Shown here piece by piece: positions 58,054-64,000 of a DNA stretch of 64,000 nucleotides. The position numbers and the translations under genes are program-made. A model generated the notes under the pieces. It was not told the DNA's origin. It was given only the letters and a program-made list of their open reading frames with translations, and searched no databases. This stretch comes from an uncultured Verrucomicrobiae bacterium (GTDB lineage Bacteria > Verrucomicrobiota > Verrucomicrobiia > Chthoniobacterales > JAATET01). How positions within the stretch are numbered: position 1 is the stretch's first letter; the number at the start of each line of letters is the position of its first letter. The DNA lies in NCBI GenBank assembly GCA_963719495.1, contig CAVRCI010000004.1, positions 32,001-96,000 of the forward strand, given 5' to 3'.

Positions 58054-59050
58054 ATATTGGCGCCGGCCGCGGCTGATGTTCGGTCAGGTCCGGGAGGACG
58101 TGGGTGTCGAGCGGTGGCTGGTCTCGCGGCACGGGGCGGTGGGTCGCGCGGTGGTGATCGCTTCGGCGGGATGCACGGCGATCTCGCTGCTGGATCTGGT
58201 GAGCGAGCGGCTTACCGCGGTCGACATCAATCCGGCGCAGGTCGAGTTCGTCCGGTGGAAGGTCGAGTTGATGCGGCGAGTCGAGCTTGGGAAATTTCGG
58301 CGGGAACTGTTCGACGGGCGGAGAGCGCGGGCGAACTCCGGAATCGTTGATCGAATCCTCGCCACGCTGCGGTGGCTGCTCCACGTGGGGGTGCATTCCC
58401 GTGGTTTTGTGGAGGATTTCCTGCGGATGGATTCGGTGCCGAATCAGGCGCGGCGTTTCGACGCGGAGTGGGATACTTGGCGGTGGCGGCTGGCGACGGA
58501 GGTGGCTTTCAACCCATTGGCGCTGCGCGCGGGCTACGGCGGCGAGGTGGCTCGGGCGCTACCGGGGTCGTTGGCGCAACTGGTCCGGTCGCGCGTGCGA
58601 CGGACGCTGACCGGATTCCCGGCGAACTCGAATGGTTACGCCTGGCAGTCGCTGGCGGGGAGGCCGGGTGCGGGTGAAGCTGGCTTGCCGTATTTCGCAC
58701 GGGAGGCGGAGTATGCGCGGCTTAGGGCCAGATTGGGGAAGCTGGATTTTGCGTGCGCGGACGTCGCGGCTTGGCTGCGGGGGCAGCCGGCGGAGTCGAT
58801 CGATTTCTTCGGTCTCTCGAACGTGCTGGAACTCACGGGCGCGGAGCGCACGCGCGGCTTGTTGCGGGAAGTCGAACGGACCGCGCGGAGCGGCGCGGTG
58901 GTCTGCCTGCGGTCGATCCTGCCGGTGAGCGCGACGGACCCGGGATGGCTGGTTGGAAGGCTGCGCTGGGACGAGCGGGCGAGTCAGGAAGCGGAGCGGC
59001 GCGACGAAGGACTGGTTTGCAATTTTTTCCGAATCCTGCGGGCGGATTGA
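58043..59050 (+). CDS. DUF3419 / BtaA-like SAM-dependent transferase
   Basis: FGQVRED, IASAGC, AVDINPAQ, LSNV.E; start tentative. Confidence 0.75.
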   Translation: MELEYWRRPRLMFGQVREDVGVERWLVSRHGAVGRAVVIASAGCTAISLLDLVSERLTAVDINPAQVEFVRWKVELMRRVELGKFRRELFDGRRARANSGIVDRILATLRWLLHVGVHSRGFVEDFLRMDSVPNQARRFDAEWDTWRWRLATEVAFNPLALRAGYGGEVARALPGSLAQLVRSRVRRTLTGFPANSNGYAWQSLAGRPGAGEAGLPYFAREAEYARLRARLGKLDFACADVAAWLRGQPAESIDFFGLSNVLELTGAERTRGLLREVERTARSGAVVCLRSILPVSATDPGWLVGRLRWDERASQEAERRDEGLVCNFFRILRAD

Positions 59051-59068
59051 TCGTTGATCGTCGTCCGG

Positions 59069-59554
59069 CTACTTCCGACCGCCGTGGAATTCGACGACGG
59101 TTTCGCCGAGGGTCACTTCCGCGGTGAGGGCTCCGCCGCCGACGAGACGAATCGTGCCGGTGGTGGTGAGATCGCCGTTGGTGGCCGAGAAGGTGATGCG
59201 GCGGTTTTTGAGCGTGTAGGTGCCGGTCGCGCCGAGTCCGCGGCGGGTGGGATCGATCGTGTTGGCCGTGAAGGTGCCGCCGGGCAGGAACGTGAATTTG
59301 GTGCGCACGTTGGATTTGACGCCCGTCTCGTCGTAGAACGTGTTGATCCAGATGAATCGGGCGGTGCTGCCGCTGCCGTTCGAGCGCATGATGATCCTGC
59401 TCGCGCCGCCGTTTTGGACGTCCGGGCCGACGACGTTGTAGCCGCCGTCGTAGCGGGCGGCGAATTTCTTGAAGCCGGTGCGGTCGCCAGCGTGGGCGGG
59501 CGCGACGATGGCGAGCGCGAAGCCGAGGAGAAAAATACGGGAGAGCTTTTGCAT
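59069..59554 (-). CDS. Hypothetical secreted beta-rich protein
   Basis: Signal peptide ending in AHA; host-like codon usage. Confidence 0.7.
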   Translation of the reverse strand: MQKLSRIFLLGFALAIVAPAHAGDRTGFKKFAARYDGGYNVVGPDVQNGGASRIIMRSNGSGSTARFIWINTFYDETGVKSNVRTKFTFLPGGTFTANTIDPTRRGLGATGTYTLKNRRITFSATNGDLTTTGTIRLVGGGALTAEVTLGETVVEFHGGRK

Positions 59555-59602
59555 GGACGTTCCGAAAGGGTAGTTAGTTTCCGACCGATGGTCAAACGGC
59601 GG

Positions 59603-60376
59603 CTACTTTTTCTCGATGAGGGCGTAGGCGTTGTGATTGTGGATCGACTCGAAATTCTCGGCTTCGACGCGATACCAGAGGATGTTCGCGTCGGCGTCGC
59701 AGCGGACGGCGACGTTGCGGACGAGGTCCTCGACGAAGACGGGATTAGCGTAGGCGCGCTCGGTGACGGCTTTTTCGTCGGGTCGTTTGAGCAGGCTGTA
59801 GAGCTCGCAGCTGGCGCTGTCCTCGACGAGGCGGATCATGTCCTCGATCCACATGGGTTGGTCCGTGCGGACGGAGAGGGTGACGAGGCCGCGTTGGTTG
59901 TGGGCGCCGGCGGAGGATATGGCCTTGGAGCAGGGGCAGAGGGTGGTGACGGGAACGAGCGCGGTGACGATGAATTCGGTGCGGCCGGCCTCGAGCGTCG
60001 CGCTGAAGCGGGCCGTGTAGTCGAGGAGGCCAAGGGCGCCGGTGACGGGTGCCGGTTTTTCCAGGAAGAAGGGGAATTCGAAATCGACGTGGGCGTTCTC
60101 GGAATGCAGTCGCTCGGTGAGTTGGTGGAGGATGTCGGTGATGTTGTCGACGTGGAGGAGTGGGCCGTGGGAGTTGAGCACTTCGACAAAGCGGCTCATG
60201 TGGGTGCCCTTGTGCTGGTGGGGGAGATCGACCGTGAGCGCGGCGGTGGCGATGGTGTTTTGGACGGCGCGTGCCTTGTCGCGGATCTGGATCGGGAAGC
60301 GGAGGGCGCGAACGCCGACGCGGTCGATGGCGATCTGGCGGGTATCGGGTTCGCTCTGGGTGTCGGTTAGACTCAT
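59603..60376 (-). CDS. folE2: GTP cyclohydrolase IB
   Basis: IDRVGV, KGTHMSRF, VTTLCPCSK, AHNQR, LLKRPDEK, ESIHNHNA. Confidence 0.96.
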   Translation of the reverse strand: MSLTDTQSEPDTRQIAIDRVGVRALRFPIQIRDKARAVQNTIATAALTVDLPHQHKGTHMSRFVEVLNSHGPLLHVDNITDILHQLTERLHSENAHVDFEFPFFLEKPAPVTGALGLLDYTARFSATLEAGRTEFIVTALVPVTTLCPCSKAISSAGAHNQRGLVTLSVRTDQPMWIEDMIRLVEDSASCELYSLLKRPDEKAVTERAYANPVFVEDLVRNVAVRCDADANILWYRVEAENFESIHNHNAYALIEKK

Positions 60377-60473
60377 GGTGTGGCGGGCGATAGGAAATCA
60401 GGAACGCGCGGGCGCGGACAATATCCGTTTTCCAAACGTCCGGTGGGTCGGGTAGGATACGATCCAGAACGCA

Positions 60474-61028
60474 ATGCCGATCCCTCCCCGAGAATCCACC
60501 ATCGACGATGACGCTGTCCGGACCGCGACCGGCAAGGGCTGGGAGGAATGGTTCGCGCTGATGTTGGGAGCGGGGCTGGCCGCGGGGTCGGGGGAAGTGA
60601 CGGATTGGCTGGACCGGGAACACAGCGTGCCGAGCTGGTGGCGGCAGGCGATCGCGTCGGAGTTCGAGCGCACGGTCGGGCAAGAAAGCCGCCGGGAGAT
60701 GCCGGATGGGTTCGAAGTGGAGGTTGCGGCGACGCTGGCGGCGGGGCGTGAAGCGGTTTACCGACTCTGGGCGGAGGATGACGTGCGGATCAAGTGGTTG
60801 CGGCGGGCGGACATGAAGGTCACGGATCTCCGGCCGACGGAACGTGTGCGGGCGCGTTGGTTGCCGCTGGACTCGGAATTGGAGGTGTCGCTGAACGGGG
60901 TCGAGGGGGGATCTGGCACGGAGTTGCTTCTGCGCCACTGGAAGCTGCCGAGCGCGCAGGCGGCGGAGAAGTTGGAGCGTTTCTGGAAAATGGCGCTTGA
61001 TCGGATGCGGCGCCAACTGGGGAAATAG
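60474..61028 (+). CDS. Hypothetical protein, DUF4287-like N-terminus plus an SRPBCC-like domain
   Basis: DDAVRTATGKGWEEW...WW.Q; C-terminal helix-grip pattern ending FWKMAL. Confidence 0.6.
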   Translation: MPIPPRESTIDDDAVRTATGKGWEEWFALMLGAGLAAGSGEVTDWLDREHSVPSWWRQAIASEFERTVGQESRREMPDGFEVEVAATLAAGREAVYRLWAEDDVRIKWLRRADMKVTDLRPTERVRARWLPLDSELEVSLNGVEGGSGTELLLRHWKLPSAQAAEKLERFWKMALDRMRRQLGK

Positions 61029-61032
61029 GGTG

Positions 61033-62313
61033 ATGCGGTTGTCGAGCAGAGTGGCGGAGCGGGGCGGGGCGGTTACCGATGGAGAGATCCGGGAGTTCGT
61101 GGCGGCGGCGGCGGCGGAGTTGGCGGCGGCGGGCCAGCGGATACTGGTGATCGTGCCGGACGCGACGCGGACGGCTCCGGTCGGGCCGGTCTTCAAGGCG
61201 TTGCACGACGCGGTGGCGGGCGAGGCGGCGGCGTTCGACGTGATGGTGGCGCTCGGGACGCATCCGCCGATGAGCGAGGCGGGGATTTGTTCGCGGCTGG
61301 AGATCACGGAGGAGGAGCGGCGGACGCGCTACGGCAAGGTCGAGCTTCTCAACCACGATTGGGACAACGACGACGCGCTCAAGGTGATTGGGACGATTCC
61401 GGCGGCGGAGATCGCGGCACTGTCGGGGGACCGCTTCGCGATGGACGTGGAGGTGCGGATCAATCGGCGGGTGCTCGACTACGACCGGATCGTCATCATC
61501 GGGCCCGTCTTCCCGCACGAGGTGGTGGGTTTTTCCGGTGGGAATAAATACCTCTTCCCGGGAGTGAGCGGGCCGGAAGTGCTGAATTTTTTCCATTGGC
61601 TGGGCGCGGTGATCACGAATCCGATGATCATTGGGAGCAAGTGGACGCCCGTGCGGCGCGTGGTGGATCGGGCGGCGGCGTTGGTGCCGGTGGAGAAGCT
61701 GTGTTTTTGCCTGGTGGTGAGCGGGAAGAATCTGGCGGGGATTTATGCGGGGACGCCGGAGGAGGCGTGGGACGCGGCGAGTGACCTGTCGGCGCGGGAT
61801 CACGTGCTCACGGTGCCGCGCCCCTTCCACACGGTGCTCTCGCGGGCTCCGGCGATGTATGACGAGCTGTGGGTGGGCGGCAAGTGCATGTATAAACTCG
61901 AGCCGGTCGTCGCGGACGGGGGTGAGCTGATCATTTACGCGCCGCACATCCACGAGGTGTCGACGGTGCACGGGGGGACCATTCGGCGGATCGGATACCA
62001 CTGCCGGGATTATTTTTTGAAGCAGTGGGAGGCGTTTAAGGACGAGTCGTGGGGCGTGCTGGCGCACTCGACGCACGTGCGGGGGATCGGGACGTTCGAG
62101 GATGGCGTGGAGCGGTGCCGGATCCGGGTGACGCTCGCGACCGGGATTCCGGAGGAGGTTTGTCGGGAGATCAATCTCGGGTATCGCGATCCGGCGACAA
62201 TCCGGGTCGAGGACTTCGAGGGGCGGGAGGGTGAGGGGGTGCTCTACGTGCCGAAGGCGGGCGAGATGTTGTATCAGCTCGAGGACAAGCCGGAGTGGGC
62301 GGACGCGGGGTGA
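61033..62313 (+). CDS. LarA-family (lactate racemase domain) nickel-pincer racemase/epimerase
   Basis: PDATR, ALGTH, FPHEVVGFSGGNK, FH, GGK. Confidence 0.88.
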   Translation: MRLSSRVAERGGAVTDGEIREFVAAAAAELAAAGQRILVIVPDATRTAPVGPVFKALHDAVAGEAAAFDVMVALGTHPPMSEAGICSRLEITEEERRTRYGKVELLNHDWDNDDALKVIGTIPAAEIAALSGDRFAMDVEVRINRRVLDYDRIVIIGPVFPHEVVGFSGGNKYLFPGVSGPEVLNFFHWLGAVITNPMIIGSKWTPVRRVVDRAAALVPVEKLCFCLVVSGKNLAGIYAGTPEEAWDAASDLSARDHVLTVPRPFHTVLSRAPAMYDELWVGGKCMYKLEPVVADGGELIIYAPHIHEVSTVHGGTIRRIGYHCRDYFLKQWEAFKDESWGVLAHSTHVRGIGTFEDGVERCRIRVTLATGIPEEVCREINLGYRDPATIRVEDFEGREGEGVLYVPKAGEMLYQLEDKPEWADAG

Positions 62314-62371
62314 CCGCGGATGAACGGACCGCAGATGACGCGGATTTCGCAGATGTGAGGATGAGCGGCGA

Positions 62372-63754
62372 ATGATACTGGGGTTGGATATTGGGACTTC
62401 GTCGTGCCGGGCGGCGGTCTTTGGTGAGGATGGCTCGCGGATTGCGGGGACTTTGGAGCAGCGGAGTTATCGGCTGGAGACGGACTCGGAAGGGAAGGCG
62501 GTGCTCGATCCGCTCGAGCTGCTGGCGGCGGTGCGGCACTGCGCGGAGGACGCGCGGTCGAGGTCGGAGGGCGTGCGGGCCGTCGGGATGTCTTGTTTCT
62601 GGCACAGTCTGGTCGGCGTCGACGCGGGGGGGCGGCCGCTGACGCCGATCTACACCTGGGCGGATTCACGATGCCGGGACGATGCGGAACGGCTTCGGGC
62701 GGAGCTGGATGAGCGCGAGACGCACGCGGAGACCGGGTGCATGCTGCGGGCTTCGTTTTGGCCGGCGAAGTTGCGGTGGCTGCGGCGGACGGAGCCGGGG
62801 CTTTTTGCCAGCGTTGCGCGGTGGATCTCGCCTGCGGAGTGGTTGCAGTGGCAGTTGACGGGGTCGGTGACTTGCGCGGTGGGGATGGCGACGGGGACGG
62901 GGTTGTTCGATCCCGTCACGGGGTGCTGGAGCGCGCGGATGTTGGAGATCTGCGCGATCTCGGCGAACCAGCTGCTTCCCATTTCCGATGCGCCGAGCGA
63001 GTGGCGCGGCGGGAAGTTTTTTCCGGGAATCGGCGACGGGGCGGCGAGCAATCTCGGGTCCGGCGCGACGCGGCCGGGGCGGGCGGCGATCAATTTCGGG
63101 ACGAGCGGGGCGTTGCGGATGATGCGGGACGGCGTCGAGGCGCGGGCGCCCTTCGGGCTTTTCGCCTACCGGGTGGACGCTTCGCGCTATCTGGTCGGTG
63201 GCGCGGTGAGCAACGCGGGGAATCTCCACGCGTGGTGCGGGCGGGAGCTCCGCCTGCCGGGCGACGCGGAGGTCGAGGCGGCGATGCGAACGCGGCCGAC
63301 GCCGGAGCACGGTCTCACGATTTTGCCGTTTTGGAACGCCGAGCGGGCTCCCCGCTGGAACGAAGACGACGCGGGGACGATCGTCGGAATGCGACAGTCC
63401 ACGACGGCGCTCGACGTCACGCAGGCGATTCAGGAGGCGACGTTTCACCGCCTGGCCATGATCGCCGAGGCGATGGGTGAGCATCCGAAATGGATCGTCG
63501 CGGGCGGGATTCTCAAGTCGTCGGCGGCTCTGACCCGGCTGGCGAACGTGCTGGGCGAAGCGGTTTACGCAAACTTGGAGCCGGAGGCATCATTGCGGGG
63601 GGCGGCGGTTTTCGCGCTCGAGAATCTGGGCGTCGAACCACCCTCGCAGGAGGAGCCGGAACCGGTCTTGCCGGACCCGGCGATCCACGCCCGCTACGTC
63701 GAAGATCGTCTTCGTCACGAAAGGTTGGCGGCCTTGATGGGGGGATGGGAATGA
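62372..63754 (+). CDS. gntK: Gluconokinase (FGGY family)
   Basis: LGLDIGTSS, WHSL, TWADSR, GDGAASNLGSG, GTSGALR, GGAVSN.G, ERAP.W. Confidence 0.82.
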   Translation: MILGLDIGTSSCRAAVFGEDGSRIAGTLEQRSYRLETDSEGKAVLDPLELLAAVRHCAEDARSRSEGVRAVGMSCFWHSLVGVDAGGRPLTPIYTWADSRCRDDAERLRAELDERETHAETGCMLRASFWPAKLRWLRRTEPGLFASVARWISPAEWLQWQLTGSVTCAVGMATGTGLFDPVTGCWSARMLEICAISANQLLPISDAPSEWRGGKFFPGIGDGAASNLGSGATRPGRAAINFGTSGALRMMRDGVEARAPFGLFAYRVDASRYLVGGAVSNAGNLHAWCGRELRLPGDAEVEAAMRTRPTPEHGLTILPFWNAERAPRWNEDDAGTIVGMRQSTTALDVTQAIQEATFHRLAMIAEAMGEHPKWIVAGGILKSSAALTRLANVLGEAVYANLEPEASLRGAAVFALENLGVEPPSQEEPEPVLPDPAIHARYVEDRLRHERLAALMGGWE

Positions 63755-64000
63755 ACCTGACGGTCAACGAAATCTACACGTCCGTGCAGGGTGAGAGCAC
63801 GTGGGCGGGGTTGCCATGCGTCTTCGTGCGGCTCACGTTCTGCGATCTGCGCTGCACCTACTGCGACACGGAATACGCGTTTTACAAGGGCGAGAAGCGG
63901 GACGTGGACGCCATCGTGGCGGAGGTGCTGGCGACGGATTGTCCGCTGGTGGAGATCACGGGCGGCGAGCCGTTGCTGCAAAAGAACGTCCTGCCGCTCA
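63751..64000 (+). CDS. queE: 7-carboxy-7-deazaguanine synthase (radical SAM), 5' part only
   Basis: Not in the ORF track. Manual translation: MNLTVNEIYTSVQGESTWAGLPCVFVRLTFCDLRCTYCDTEYAF...VEITGGEPLLQ (CxxxCxxC); 4-bp overlap with gntK. Confidence 0.92.
   Translation, partial: MNLTVNEIYTSVQGESTWAGLPCVFVRLTFCDLRCTYCDTEYAFYKGEKRDVDAIVAEVLATDCPLVEITGGEPLLQKNVLPL

Overview
GC-rich bacterial chromosomal window, by inference from its gene repertoire probably Verrucomicrobiota (DapL route, Verrucomicrobia-style hypothetical proteins and repeats). It is densely coding, with about 60 genes. I found no rRNA, tRNA, CRISPR array or intact transposase. Core content: sucA-sucB; a sodium/pH homeostasis block (NhaR-like LysR, BacNav-type voltage-gated channel with a TLESWSM filter, DUF1504-type antiporter, mrpA-G, CNNM/CorC protein); LPS-type glycosyltransferases; actP; Mn-type SOD; dapL; rfbB/rfbD; dnaX-ybaB; nfeD; dnaG-rpoD; an L,D-transpeptidase; gnd; a flavin-dependent halogenase-like enzyme; folE2; a LarA-family enzyme with a gluconokinase; and a partial queE. 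The most striking unexplained structure is a stand-alone PaaX-like gene (wHTH plus Cas2-like fold, 36533-37312) bracketed exactly by two copies of a near-perfect 34-36 bp palindrome, the second of which supplies its stop codon. Other notable points: a dispersed inverted repeat that appears to encode the NfeD signal peptide, a nucleotidyltransferase toxin-antitoxin pair truncated at an IS481-like end, a covarying REP-like hairpin family, and 7-bp microsatellites inside coding linkers. All product calls come from reading motifs by eye; no database search was run.
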